From the NCBI GenBank assembly GCA_020860575.1, contig JAJBUB010000079.1, positions 1 through 52,333 of the forward strand: a DNA stretch of 52,333 nt, written 5' to 3'. The notes under the pieces were generated by a model that worked only from the letters and a program-made list of their open reading frames with translations, had not been told where the DNA came from and made no database searches. Below, in pieces: positions 20,939 to 32,469 of the stretch. The translations under genes were made by a program, and so were the position numbers. This stretch comes from Clostridiales bacterium (GTDB lineage: Bacteria > Bacillota > Clostridia > Oscillospirales > Oscillospiraceae). Position 1 is the stretch's first letter. Every line of letters starts with the position of its first letter.

Positions 20939-21781
20939 TCACAGCACCGCCGAGGCGTGCCGGGCCACATGGCAGTTCAGGTTGACGGCACAGGGCAGGC
21001 CGGCGATGTGGGTGGGGTGGGCCAGGATGCTCACCTTCAGGGCGGTGGTACGTCCTCCCAGTCCCTGGGGGCCGATACCCAGGCGGTTGACCTTCTCCAG
21101 AATACGCCCCTCCATCTCCCGGTAATAGGGGTCCGGATTGTCCTCATCCAGTGGGCGAAGAAGGGCGCGCTTGGAGAGAAGGGCCGCCAGCTCGAAGTCG
21201 CCCCCCAGGCCCACGCCCACGACGACCGGTGGACAGGGGTTGGAGCCTGCCCGGGACACCGCCTCCACAATAGTATCCTCCACCTGCCCCTGGGTGACGG
21301 AGGGCTTGAGCATGGTGAGGCTGGCCATATTCTCGCTGCCGAAGCCCTTGGGGGCCACGGTGACAGTCAACCGGTCCCCCTCCACCAGCCGGAGATGGAG
21401 GACGGCGGGGGTGTTGTCCCCGGTGTTCACCCGGCGGAGAGGGTCTTCCACCACGCTGCACCGGAGATGCCCCTCGGTGTAGCCCAGAGACACCCCCCGG
21501 TTGACGGCGTCGGAAAGCAGGCCGCCGGTGATGTGGACCTCCTGGCCCAGATCGCAGAAGACCACCGCCATGCCGGTGTCCTGGCAGATGGGGAGCTGCC
21601 GCTCCCCGGCAAAGGTGAAGTTTTCCACCACGTCTCCCAAAATAGACTGTCCCACCGGGGAGACCTCCGTCTCCCGGGCCGTGCGAATGGCGCAGCGCAC
21701 GTCCTCCGGCAGCTGGCAGTTGGCCCGGATACATAGCTCCCGGACGGTCTGTGTGATCTGTTCGGCGGTGATCTCTCTCAT
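20939..21781 (-). CDS. fumA: Fe-S hydro-lyase (class I fumarate hydratase) alpha subunit
   Basis: PICQDTG, KGFGSEN, NPCPP, LNCHVARH; start MREIT at 21781 behind AGGAG. Confidence 0.88.
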   Translation of the reverse strand: MREITAEQITQTVRELCIRANCQLPEDVRCAIRTARETEVSPVGQSILGDVVENFTFAGERQLPICQDTGMAVVFCDLGQEVHITGGLLSDAVNRGVSLGYTEGHLRCSVVEDPLRRVNTGDNTPAVLHLRLVEGDRLTVTVAPKGFGSENMASLTMLKPSVTQGQVEDTIVEAVSRAGSNPCPPVVVGVGLGGDFELAALLSKRALLRPLDEDNPDPYYREMEGRILEKVNRLGIGPQGLGGRTTALKVSILAHPTHIAGLPCAVNLNCHVARHASAVL

Positions 21782-21824
21782 TTGATGTATCTCCTTCTGC
21801 TGGTCGTGATATGTGATATACAGC

Positions 21825-22637
21825 TCACAGGGAAAAGGACACCAGCTCCGGCGTCCGGTTCCGGTAAAGGGCCACCCGGGGAAAGCCCTTGCTCTCCAGC
21901 AGGGCGTAGGCCTCCCGCAGTCCCCGGGCGGTGTCGGCGGCCCGGTGGGCGTCGGTACCCACTGTGACCAGGGTCCCGCCCAGGTCACGGTACCGCTCCA
22001 GCAGCCAGCCATACTCCGGCATCAGAGTCTCCGACTTGCTGCTGTTGACCTCCAGGGCTTTGTCAGTGCGGATCAGGGCGCGTAGCAGCTCGGTGACCCG
22101 CTCCTCATATGGTCCCAGGCCCACCGGCTGTCCGTCCCGTTGGGCCATGTACCGGAGAGGATAGGGCAGGTGGGCCAGGGCGTCAAAGTTGCCCCAGGCC
22201 ATCAGGGCCTCCAGGCCGTCAAAGTAGTCGTCCAGGTAGCGATAGCACTGCTCTGGGTTTTTGAAGTTAACATAATAATAGTCCTGCCAGCCCAGTACGG
22301 CGCTGGCGTTGTGGATGGAGCCGAGAACAAAGTCCAGCCCAGGCTCCTGCAACGCCCGCTCGGCGGCGGCGAAATCCGCCGGGGCGTTGCCCAGCTCCAG
22401 TCCGTAGCGCAGCTCCATCTCTCCGCCCAGGGCGGCCAGTGCCTCCTGCTGCTGACGGCGGGCGGGAGTCCAGTCATAGACGGGGACGAGCTGATTTTTC
22501 TCGTTGACCACATCGTAGTGGTCGGTAAAGCACAGGACGCTCACGCCCCGGCTCAGAGCAGCCCGGGCCATCTCCGTCCGGCTGTTGTGGCCGTCAAAGG
22601 AGACGGTGGAGTGGATGTGCTGATCGATGAGAGACAC
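21825..22637 (-). CDS. PHP-family histidinol-phosphatase (HisJ/HisK type)
   Basis: DQHIHS, FTDH, GSIH, LAHL, GTDAH metal-binding motifs; GTG start with GGAGG. Confidence 0.85.
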   Translation of the reverse strand: MSLIDQHIHSTVSFDGHNSRTEMARAALSRGVSVLCFTDHYDVVNEKNQLVPVYDWTPARRQQQEALAALGGEMELRYGLELGNAPADFAAAERALQEPGLDFVLGSIHNASAVLGWQDYYYVNFKNPEQCYRYLDDYFDGLEALMAWGNFDALAHLPYPLRYMAQRDGQPVGLGPYEERVTELLRALIRTDKALEVNSSKSETLMPEYGWLLERYRDLGGTLVTVGTDAHRAADTARGLREAYALLESKGFPRVALYRNRTPELVSFSL

Positions 22638-22749
22638 GGCGGCAGGACCTCCCGGGTGCAAATTTCCTGTGGATATTGTAATGCGTCCCGGCCAAAAGTG
22701 CAAGGGCAGGGTGAAAAACCTATTCTGACTTTCCTGCGGCCTGTTCCTG

Positions 22750-22778
22750 TTGCTTTTCGCCGGGTGATGTGTTATTCT
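22750..22778 (+). promoter_or_regulatory. Promoter of the small toxin mRNA
   Basis: TTGCTT-17 bp-TATTCT with extended -10 TG. Confidence 0.55.
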
Positions 22779-22885
22779 GTGACAGGCCCCTTCGGGGGCT
22801 GGGTGCTGCCCAATGCGGTGGCGGTTGGCCCCTTCACGGGGGCAGCTTCTTTTGCCCCCTGATTTCAGGAGAGGGGGGCTGCCCG

Positions 22886-22966
22886 ATGAGTACATCAGAG
22901 TTCTATCAATTCTGCCTTGTGATTATCGGCATTGTCGGTCTGTTCTTTCAGGCAAAAAAGAAGTAA
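22886..22966 (+). CDS. 26-aa membrane peptide, putative type I (holin-like) toxin
   Basis: MSTSEFYQFCLVIIGIVGLFFQAKKK: one TM helix plus Lys tail; strong RBS AGGAGAGGGG held in a hairpin. Confidence 0.75.
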   Translation: MSTSEFYQFCLVIIGIVGLFFQAKKK

Positions 22967-23047
22967 CCGCCCTGGACCCTAACCTGGCGGTTACTTCTGT
23001 AACCAACAACTAGGGGCCAACCGTTACCGGGCAGCACCCCTTGCTGT
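22953..23047 (-). ncRNA. Putative antisense antitoxin RNA (~95 nt)
   Basis: Minus-strand promoter TTGACT (23082-23077)-17 bp-TATACT (23059-23054); terminator stem 22959-22998 with U-tail on minus; overlaps the toxin 3' end. Confidence 0.7.
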
Positions 23048-23101
23048 ACCTATAGTATAAACCGGAGCGGCAAAAAAGTCAATCCGCTGTAGCCCATGCT
23101 C

Positions 23102-23129
23102 TTGTAATTTCCGGCGGATGGGCTATAAT
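23102..23129 (+). promoter_or_regulatory. Promoter of the THF riboswitch-folT-folC operon
   Basis: TTGTAA-16 bp-TATAAT. Confidence 0.6.
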
Positions 23130-23146
23130 AAGAGCACAATCTGACA

Positions 23147-23323
23147 GGCAGAGTAGGTCTGGACGTGTCGAGGCAGCGCAGGCTGCCCCAGTGCCGGCGG
23201 AACGGGGAGTTGTCCGCCGGACGAATCGGTTGAAGAACCAGCAGTGTCCAGCCCGCATCCCGCTGCCGCACGGGGAAGTCGTTTCGGGATGCAGCGCCGT
23301 TTTGCGGCGGGCATCCCGTTTTT
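23147..23323 (+). promoter_or_regulatory. THF (tetrahydrofolate) riboswitch with terminator expression platform
   Basis: GGCAGAGTAG...AGTG-CCGGCGGA-ACGGGGAGTTG-TCCGCCGG-ACGAA...GCATCCCGCTGCC matches the THF aptamer pattern; terminator CGGGATGC/GCATCCCG-T5 (23285-23323); lies upstream of folT. Confidence 0.88.
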
Positions 23324-23361
23324 CGCTCTGTGTGGCCCTGCCAAACAAAGGAGCGTCACCT

Positions 23362-23976
23362 ATGAGAGAGCATGAGAGAGAGGACGGCCTGTTCGCCGCC
23401 TCCGCCCGGTGGCTGAGAGAGCCGAGAGCGTTGGCCCTGGCAGCCCTGTTCGTGGCCATCAGCGTCACTTTGGACCTGCTGAACATCCGCATCCAAATCA
23501 CCCCCCAGCTCCGCATCACCTTCGGCTATCTGTGCGACGCCTCCATCGGTATGCTGTTCGGCCCGGTGGTGGGCATGGCGTCGGGAGTGTGTACCGACGT
23601 GCTGGGCTATCTGATGAACACCGGGGGCGGGGCCTATTTCCCCGGCTACACCCTGACGGCCATCGCAGGCGGGCTGATCTATGGCGTGGTGCTCTACCAC
23701 CCCTCGGAGCGGAAGGGGTTCCGGCTGCTCCGGTGCTTTATCGCCAAGGGGCTGATCAATCTGCTGTGCAATATGCTGCTCAACACTTTTTGGCTCTCTC
23801 TCACCGGGGGAGACGGCTTTTTGGTGCTGTTGCCTCTCCGGGCGGCGAAGAACGCCCTTCTGTGGCCCATCGAGAGCCTGCTGCTCTATTTTGTGCTGGA
23901 GGCGGTGCTGCGCATCAGCCTCCGCTTCCCCGCCCTCCGGCAGTCGCCCAGGGGAGGTATGAATCATGACCTATGA
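23362..23976 (+). CDS. folT: Folate ECF transporter S component
   Basis: LRITF, GMLFGPVVG, YFPGYTL, LNTFWL motifs; ATG at 23362 behind AAGGAG. Confidence 0.9.
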   Translation: MREHEREDGLFAASARWLREPRALALAALFVAISVTLDLLNIRIQITPQLRITFGYLCDASIGMLFGPVVGMASGVCTDVLGYLMNTGGGAYFPGYTLTAIAGGLIYGVVLYHPSERKGFRLLRCFIAKGLINLLCNMLLNTFWLSLTGGDGFLVLLPLRAAKNALLWPIESLLLYFVLEAVLRISLRFPALRQSPRGGMNHDL

Positions 23977-25240
23977 AGAGGCGCTGACCTACATCCACTC
24001 CACCCACTGGCAGGGAAAGCGACCCGGCCTGAGCCGGGTGCGGGCGCTTCTGGATGGGCTGGGAAATCCCCAAAAACAGCTCCGATTTGTCCATGTGGCG
24101 GGCACCAACGGCAAGGGCTCCGTCTGCGCCTGTATGGCCTCTGTGTTGCAGGCGGCGGGCTATCGGACGGGGTGCTTCACCTCCCCCTTTCTGGAGCGGT
24201 TCAACGAGCGGTTCCAGATCGGCGGCGTCCCCATCTCGGACGAGGCCCTGTGCCGGATGACGGAGCGGGTCCGTCCTGTCGCCGCTGAGATGGAGGACAC
24301 CCCCAACGAGTTCGACCTGATCACCGCCCTGGCCCTAGCCTGGTTCGCGGAGGAGGGATGCGACATCGTGGTGCTGGAGGTGGGCCTGGGCGGCACATTA
24401 GACCCCACCAACGTCATCGACTGCCCCGACCTGGCGATCATCGCCGCCCTGGGGCTGGACCACACCCGGCAGCTGGGCAGCACCCTCCCGGAGATCGCTG
24501 CGGCCAAGGCGGGCATTATCAAGCCGGGAGGACAGGTGATCTACTACGGTGGAGAACAAGAGGCCGACGAGGTCATTTGCCAGGTCTGCCGGGAGCAGGG
24601 AGCGCACCTGACCGTTCCGGACTGGATGAAGTTGGAGGTGCTGGCCTGGGAGCCGGACTGCACCCGGATGAACTACGACGGGCTGAACGAGCTACGCCTC
24701 CCCCTGCTGGCGACCTATCAGCCCCGGAACGCCGTTCTGGCTGTCACCGGGGCGCGGCTGCTCCGAAACCGGGGGTGGGACATCCCGGAGAGCGCCATCC
24801 GGCAGGGGCTGGAGACGGTGCGTTGGCCAGGGCGGTTCGAGCTGCTCCGGCGGGAGCCGCCCTTTCTCCTGGATGGCTCCCACAATCCCCAGGGTGTCCG
24901 GGCCACGGCGGAGAGCCTGGCCCTCCGGTATCCCGGGCGGCGGTTCATCTTTCTCATGGGGGTCATGGCGGACAAGGACGCCGCCTCCATGATCGCGCCC
25001 CTGGCGCCCCTGGCGGCGGAATTTGTCACGGTGACGCCTCCCTCCCCCCGTTCCCTCCCGGCGGAGACGCTGGCAGAGGAGATCTGCCGCCTCACCGGAC
25101 TGCCCGCCCGAAGCTGCGATTCCGTGGAGCTGGGCGTGGAGGCGGCCCTGGAACGGTGCCGCCCAGACACCGGGGTCTGCGCCCTGGGCAGCCTCTATTT
25201 TTCCGGGGCCATCCGGAGGGCGGCGTTGGCGCGGTTCTAG
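23966..25240 (+). CDS. folC: Folylpolyglutamate synthase/dihydrofolate synthase
   Basis: HVAGTNGKGS, LEVGLGG, WPGRFE, LDGSHN. Confidence 0.95.
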   Translation: MTYEEALTYIHSTHWQGKRPGLSRVRALLDGLGNPQKQLRFVHVAGTNGKGSVCACMASVLQAAGYRTGCFTSPFLERFNERFQIGGVPISDEALCRMTERVRPVAAEMEDTPNEFDLITALALAWFAEEGCDIVVLEVGLGGTLDPTNVIDCPDLAIIAALGLDHTRQLGSTLPEIAAAKAGIIKPGGQVIYYGGEQEADEVICQVCREQGAHLTVPDWMKLEVLAWEPDCTRMNYDGLNELRLPLLATYQPRNAVLAVTGARLLRNRGWDIPESAIRQGLETVRWPGRFELLRREPPFLLDGSHNPQGVRATAESLALRYPGRRFIFLMGVMADKDAASMIAPLAPLAAEFVTVTPPSPRSLPAETLAEEICRLTGLPARSCDSVELGVEAALERCRPDTGVCALGSLYFSGAIRRAALARF

Positions 25241-25289
25241 GGCTTCTGGCACAGTGCCGCCCAATTTCAGCCTGATTTTAGCAGTCCTT

Positions 25290-25325
25290 CGGCCCGTCTG
25301 ATATATCAGACGGGCCGCTGTTTTG
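25290..25325 (+). terminator. folC terminator
   Basis: Perfect palindrome CGGCCCGTCTGAT-AT-ATCAGACGGGCCG followed by ctgTTTT. Confidence 0.65.
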
Positions 25326-25404
25326 CGAAAATGGCCGGACATTCCCTATATTTTCCTGGATTTAGCTTTCCTCCTTGTTCACAAACTATTTATACTTTCT
25401 CCTA

Positions 25405-25464
25405 TTGACAATCCGAATTCCCGGTGCTATAGTATCATTAGCACTCAGGGAAACGGAGTGCTAA
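25405..25464 (+). promoter_or_regulatory. Sigma-A promoter plus CIRCE operator
   Basis: TTGACA-17 bp-TATAGT (with TG extension); perfect CIRCE TTAGCACTC-N9-GAGTGCTAA at 25438-25464. Confidence 0.96.
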
Positions 25465-25501
25465 AACAGAGACAAGTATTCAGATATGCGAGGTGAGGCG
25501 A

Positions 25502-26608
25502 TTGGCACTGACGGAACGGCGCAGGAAGATCCTGCGAGTGGTAGTGGAAAACTACATCGAGACGGCGGAGCCCATCGGCTCCAAGGCCATTGCAGAAAAG
25601 GCCCAGCTTACCTGCTCCTCCGCCACCATACGAAATGAGCTGGCCGCGCTGGAGCGGGAGGGCTACCTGGAGCAGCCCCACACCTCCGCCGGGCGCATCC
25701 CCTCTGCTCAGGGCTATCGGCTCTATGTCAACGAGCTGATGGAGCAGCACAAGCTGTCCCTCCAGGAGACGGAGCGGATCAACGCAGCCATGGACGGCAA
25801 GATGCAGGAGTTGGATCGGGTCATCGATCAGGCGGGCCGTCTGGTCAGCAAAATGACCAACTATCCTGCCTTCTCCCTGGCGGGGAGCGGCGACGACATC
25901 ACCATCACCCGGTTCGACCTGCTGATGGTGGACAAAAACTCCTTCATTGCAGTGGTCATGGCCAGCAACAATGCGGTAAAGAACAAGCTCATCCATCTTC
26001 CTACCGACATCACCGAGCCTCAGCTCCAGCTGCTCAACACATTGTTGAACACTACCTTTACAGGCAAGAGCCTCTCTGAGCTGAATCCGGAGCTGATGCG
26101 GGTGGCGGAGAAGGCCGCAGGCTCCTCCTACGGACTGATTTCCCTGGTGGTATCCTTCGCCATGGATGTGCTGGAGGAGCTGGGACACAGCACCGTGCGC
26201 ACCTCCGGCGTGGGTCACCTGCTGGAGAGTCCGGAGTATCAGGACATCGACAAGGCCCACAAGCTGATGACCTATCTCTCCGACGAGCCGGCGTTTTCCA
26301 AGCTGTCCGCCCCCATGCTCCAGAGCGATGCGGATACGAAGATCCTCATCGGCCCGGAGAACGTGGCGGAAGAGCTGAAGGATACCAGCGTGGTCCTGGC
26401 CAGCTATGACATCGGAGAGGGCATGAAGGGCGTCATCGGCGTCGTCGGACCCACCCGGATGGATTACGCCAAGGTGACCGCCAAGCTGTCCTACCTGGCG
26501 GACAACCTGAGCAAGATGTTCAGCAGTTCACAGCAGAGCCAGATCCCCCAGAAGCGGGAGGCTCCGGCCCTGAATCCGCCCAAGGAACCGGCGGGCGAAG
26601 ATCACTAG
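25502..26608 (+). CDS. hrcA: Heat-inducible transcription repressor HrcA
   Basis: SSATIRNE, PHTSAGRIPS, GPTRMDY; TTG start behind GAGGTGAGG (alternative GTG at 25493). Confidence 0.96.
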   Translation: MALTERRRKILRVVVENYIETAEPIGSKAIAEKAQLTCSSATIRNELAALEREGYLEQPHTSAGRIPSAQGYRLYVNELMEQHKLSLQETERINAAMDGKMQELDRVIDQAGRLVSKMTNYPAFSLAGSGDDITITRFDLLMVDKNSFIAVVMASNNAVKNKLIHLPTDITEPQLQLLNTLLNTTFTGKSLSELNPELMRVAEKAAGSSYGLISLVVSFAMDVLEELGHSTVRTSGVGHLLESPEYQDIDKAHKLMTYLSDEPAFSKLSAPMLQSDADTKILIGPENVAEELKDTSVVLASYDIGEGMKGVIGVVGPTRMDYAKVTAKLSYLADNLSKMFSSSQQSQIPQKREAPALNPPKEPAGEDH

Positions 26609-26628
26609 TTTGAAGGAGAACGCAGTCA

Positions 26629-27201
26629 ATGAGCAACAAGGAAAAAGAGTCTCAGACCACCGCCCCGGAGCAGGAGCCCCAGGAGGAGGTCAAGCAGGAG
26701 ACTGCCGCCGAGGAGACCGTGGAGCAGGAGGAAGCCCCCAAGCAGGAGGAGACCGCCGCTCCCGACCCGGTGGAAAGCCTGAAAAAAGACCTGGCCGCCC
26801 GGGAGGATCAGCTTCTCCGGCTGGCCGCAGAGTATGACAACTTCCGCCGCCGCTCGGTGCGGGAGAAGTCGGAGGCCTATTCCAAGGCCAAGGCGGACGC
26901 CGCCGAGAAGTTTCTCCCCGTCTACGACAACCTGGAGCGGGCCTTGAACCAGGGCACCGAGGATCAGGCGTTCTTAAAAGGGGTGGAGATGACCATGAAT
27001 CAGCTGGTCAAGGTGCTGGAATCCCTGGACATTCACAAGATCGACGCCCTGGGCAAGCCCTTTGACCCCAACTTCCACAACGCCGTGATGCACACGGAGG
27101 ACGAGAGCCTGGGTGAGAACGTGGTCTCTCAGGTGTTCCAGACCGGCTTCATTATGGGCGATCGGGTCATCCGCCACGCCATGGTCCAGGTGGCCAACTA
27201 A
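26629..27201 (+). CDS. grpE: Nucleotide exchange factor GrpE
   Basis: AEYDNFRRR, FDPNFHNAV, RVIRHAMVQV. Confidence 0.96.
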   Translation: MSNKEKESQTTAPEQEPQEEVKQETAAEETVEQEEAPKQEETAAPDPVESLKKDLAAREDQLLRLAAEYDNFRRRSVREKSEAYSKAKADAAEKFLPVYDNLERALNQGTEDQAFLKGVEMTMNQLVKVLESLDIHKIDALGKPFDPNFHNAVMHTEDESLGENVVSQVFQTGFIMGDRVIRHAMVQVAN

Positions 27202-27238
27202 AAAAGCACCTTTGCCGCCGGAGGGCGGCTGAGGATAG

Positions 27239-29161
<1,923 letters not shown>

Positions 29162-29270
29162 GACGGAATTTCTCTCTACAACGCAAAGATCGAACCGGGC
29201 GTGGCAGACCCCTGTCACGCCCGGAACGGCGGTCTATCACCATATATCATGCCATTAGGAAGTGAACAGC

Positions 29271-30425
29271 ATGGCAGACAAACAGGATTACTATGAGGTC
29301 CTGGGCCTGGATCGCTCCGCATCCCAGGACGACATCAAGCGGGCCTACCGGAAGCTGGCCCGGAAATATCACCCGGACATGAACCCCGGCGACAAAGAGG
29401 CCGAGGCCAAGTTCAAGGAGGTCAACGAGGCTTATGAAATTCTCTCCGACGAGGATAAGAAGGCCCGGTATGACCAGTACGGCTTTGCGGGGGTGGACCC
29501 CAACTACGGGGCCGGAGGCGCTGGCTACGGCGACTTCACCGGCGACGTGGACCTGGGCGATATCTTCAACTCCTTCTTCGGCGGTGGCTTTGGCGGCGGC
29601 TTCGGCGGCAGCAGCTCCTCCCGGCGTAACGCGCCCCGGAAGGGCCAGAACCTCCGGGCCAGCGTGCGCCTGACCTTTGAGGAGGCCGCCTTCGGCTGTG
29701 AGAAGGACATCTCCTTCTCCCGGGTGGAGAGCTGTCCTGACTGTCACGGCTCCGGCTGTGCCAACGGTGCCTCTCCGGAGACCTGCCCCAACTGCCGGGG
29801 CACCGGAACGGTGCAGGTGCAGCAGCGGACGCCCTTCGGCGTCATGTCCAGCACCCAGCCCTGCGGCCAGTGCGGCGGCACGGGCAAGATCATCAAGAAT
29901 CCCTGTCCCAAGTGCAAGGGCAAGGGCGCCATCCGCCGGAACCTGACCCGGAAATTCAAGATCCCCCGGGGTATCGACGACGGCCAGGCCTTCTCCGTTC
30001 CCAACGAAGGACACGCCGGACAGAACGGCGGCCCCAACGGCGACCTGCTGGTCAGCGTGGAGCTGATCCCCCATCCCTACTTCGAGCGGGACGGGTATGA
30101 CGTCTATTATACCCACACCGTCTCCTACGCCCAGGCAGTCCTTGGCTCAGAGCTGGAGATCCCCACCATCGACGGCAACGTGCGCTACACCCTCCCCGCC
30201 GGATTCCAGCCGGATCGGCCCATCCGCCTGAGAGGAAAGGGCATCTACAAGGTCAACAGCGAGAGCCGCGGCGACCAGTACGTCACCGTCAAGGTGCAGA
30301 TCCCCACCAACCTGAACCGGGAGCAGAAGGAGGCCCTTCGGGCCTTCGACGAGGCCATGACCGGCAAGAGCAGCAGTGAGGAGGAGAAGGAGAACTTCTT
30401 CTTCGGCAAGAAAAAGAAGCGCTGA
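29271..30425 (+). CDS. dnaJ: Chaperone DnaJ
   Basis: J domain HPD, G/F-rich region, four CxxCxGxG repeats. Confidence 0.97.
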   Translation: MADKQDYYEVLGLDRSASQDDIKRAYRKLARKYHPDMNPGDKEAEAKFKEVNEAYEILSDEDKKARYDQYGFAGVDPNYGAGGAGYGDFTGDVDLGDIFNSFFGGGFGGGFGGSSSSRRNAPRKGQNLRASVRLTFEEAAFGCEKDISFSRVESCPDCHGSGCANGASPETCPNCRGTGTVQVQQRTPFGVMSSTQPCGQCGGTGKIIKNPCPKCKGKGAIRRNLTRKFKIPRGIDDGQAFSVPNEGHAGQNGGPNGDLLVSVELIPHPYFERDGYDVYYTHTVSYAQAVLGSELEIPTIDGNVRYTLPAGFQPDRPIRLRGKGIYKVNSESRGDQYVTVKVQIPTNLNREQKEALRAFDEAMTGKSSSEEEKENFFFGKKKKR

Positions 30426-30454
30426 CCGCCACCCGGAACTGCATCAAACACACG

Positions 30455-30501
30455 ATCGTCCCCTTCGAGCAGACAGAGCTGCCTCGGAGGGGACGATTTT
30501 T
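30455..30501 (+). terminator. dnaK operon terminator
   Basis: ATCGTCCCCTTCGAG/CTCGGAGGGGACGAT stem plus T-run. Confidence 0.75.
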
Positions 30502-30534
30502 GCTGTAAGACTTCTTAATTGACGTCATCCCCGG

Positions 30535-30572
30535 TTGACGGCATCCTCAAACTGTATTATTATCTTAATACA
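30535..30572 (+). promoter_or_regulatory. Promoter with YtrA-type operator
   Basis: TTGACG-17 bp-TATTAT; palindrome TGTATTA-N6-TAATACA (30553-30572) over the -10, typical of YtrA-subfamily boxes. Confidence 0.78.
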
Positions 30573-30596
30573 ATCATAGGAAGGAGGACGGTTGAA

Positions 30597-30998
30597 ATGC
30601 CGTGGAGATTTCAGAGCGACTCCCCCATCTATTTGCAGGCGGCGGAGGTCATCCGGCTGCGCATCCTCACCGGGGAGTACCCACCGGGAAGTCACGTCCC
30701 GTCCGTCCGGGATCTGGCCCAGGAGGCCGCCGTCAACCCCAACACCATGCAGCGGGCGCTGAGCCTGCTGGAAGAGCAGGGGCTACTCTACACCCAGCGG
30801 ACGGCGGGGCGGACGGTGACAGAGAGCGAAGAGCTCATCCGTTATCTCCGGCTGAAACAGGCCCGGAGCTATGTGACTGACTGCCGACAGCAACTGGCCC
30901 GGCTGGGCTTCTCTCCGGAGGAGATACAGACCATGCTCCGGGACTGGAACACCAAATCCGCCCCGGACGGGGAAACGGACAACGATAAGAAGGAGTGA
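30597..30998 (+). CDS. GntR-family (YtrA subfamily) regulator
   Basis: SPIYLQ, PSVRDLA, VNPNTMQRA; short C-terminus. Confidence 0.92.
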   Translation: MPWRFQSDSPIYLQAAEVIRLRILTGEYPPGSHVPSVRDLAQEAAVNPNTMQRALSLLEEQGLLYTQRTAGRTVTESEELIRYLRLKQARSYVTDCRQQLARLGFSPEEIQTMLRDWNTKSAPDGETDNDKKE

Positions 30999-31003
30999 CC
31001 GAC

Positions 31004-31708
31004 ATGACAGAACAACCGATCCTGACCTGCGGGGGGCTTACCAAGCGCTATGGCAGGACAGAGGTGCTCCGGGGGCTGGAGCTGAATCTGTCCCGGGGAC
31101 GCATCATCGGCCTGCTGGGACCAAACGGGGCGGGCAAGACCACCCTCATCAAGCTCATCTGCGGTCTGCTGACCCCGGACGGCGGCAGTATCTCCGTGGC
31201 AGGGCATCCTGTGGGGCCGGAGAGCAAGGCGGTGGTGAGCTATCTGCCGGAGCGGCCCTTTTTGGGCAAATGGATGACGGTCCGGGACAGTCTCAGCCTG
31301 TTTCATGATTTTTATGCCGACTTTGACCGGGCCAAGGCGGAGGATATGCTGGCCCGGCTGGGGGTGGACGCCGGGGTGCGGCTGACCACCCTCTCCAAGG
31401 GGACGCTGGAGAAGGTGCATCTGGTACTGGTGATGAGTCGGAACGCCCAGCTCTATGTACTGGACGAACCCATCGGCGGAGTGGACCCGGCAGCCAGGGA
31501 CTTTATCCTGTCCACCATTCTCACCAACTATAACGAGGAGGGTAGCATCCTCATCTCCACCCACCTGATCGCCGACGTGGAGACGGTGCTGGACGAGGTG
31601 CTGTTTCTCAGGGATGGGACCATCGTCCTCCACGACACGGTGGACCACATCCGGGAGGAGCGGGGGACCAGCGTGGACGAGCTGTTCCGGGAGGTATTCA
31701 AATGCTGA
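31004..31708 (+). CDS. ABC transporter ATP-binding protein
   Basis: GPNGAGKT, LSKG, LDEP, STH. Confidence 0.92.
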   Translation: MTEQPILTCGGLTKRYGRTEVLRGLELNLSRGRIIGLLGPNGAGKTTLIKLICGLLTPDGGSISVAGHPVGPESKAVVSYLPERPFLGKWMTVRDSLSLFHDFYADFDRAKAEDMLARLGVDAGVRLTTLSKGTLEKVHLVLVMSRNAQLYVLDEPIGGVDPAARDFILSTILTNYNEEGSILISTHLIADVETVLDEVLFLRDGTIVLHDTVDHIREERGTSVDELFREVFKC

Positions 31709-32469
31709 TTAAGCTGTTCAAATACGAGTTCAAATCCACCTGCCGGGCCTTCGGCCTGGTCTATGGGGTGCTGGTGCTGCTGTGCATCCTGACAGGGGCC
31801 TCCGACCAGCTCTTTGACGACGCCGGAGGCGACGTGTCCATCGTCCAGGTGCTGCTCATGGTCACGGTGCTGTTCTTCTTCGCCGTCGTCCTCATCACCA
31901 CCGTACTCAACATACAACGGTTCTACAACGGCACCTTCCGGGAAGAGGGCTATCTTCTCCACACCTTGCCCGTCCGCCCCTGGCAGATTTTGGCGGGCAA
32001 GTGCATCCCCGCTCTGGTCTGGACGGTGATCTCCGGGTGCGTCATGGTGTTCTCCTGGCTCCTGCTGCTTCTGGTCAGCTCTGGCATCTCCGGCATCGAC
32101 TGGAGCGAGGTGTTCGACTTCCTGGCGGAGCTGTTCTCCGACGGGGAGATGGTAGTGAAAATGGTTCAGGCGGGGGTGATGCTGCTGTCTATGCTGCTGG
32201 CGGCCATTCTCCAGGTCTATGCCAGCATTTCTCTTGGCCAGCTCCTGCCCGCCCACCGGACGGTGGGGATGGTGGCGACCTGGTTCGTCCTCAGCGTCGT
32301 GGAGAGCTGGACGGCGACCCTCACCCTCCGCTCCACCTCCGTCCTGTACACCATGATCGTGTATATGAGGGCAGGCGCCGTCGGGTATACCGTCTTTTTC
32401 CTGGTCTGGAGCGCCGTGTTCTGGGCTGTGACCCAGTGGGTGCTGACAAAGCGGCTCAATCTGGAGTGA
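31702..32469 (+). CDS. ABC-2-type permease
   Basis: About 6 TM segments; KYEFK start, EGYLLHTLPV, KRLNLE end. Confidence 0.85.
   Translation: MLIKLFKYEFKSTCRAFGLVYGVLVLLCILTGASDQLFDDAGGDVSIVQVLLMVTVLFFFAVVLITTVLNIQRFYNGTFREEGYLLHTLPVRPWQILAGKCIPALVWTVISGCVMVFSWLLLLLVSSGISGIDWSEVFDFLAELFSDGEMVVKMVQAGVMLLSMLLAAILQVYASISLGQLLPAHRTVGMVATWFVLSVVESWTATLTLRSTSVLYTMIVYMRAGAVGYTVFFLVWSAVFWAVTQWVLTKRLNLE

Noticed and set aside
22769-22885. Longer 65-aa version of the toxin ORF and overlapping ORFs
   Set aside because: No RBS at the upstream start, which lies within the promoter; the strong RBS precedes the ATG at 22886.
23191-23361. N-terminal extension of folT in the ORF track
   Set aside because: The region is the THF riboswitch and terminator; the RBS supports the ATG at 23362.
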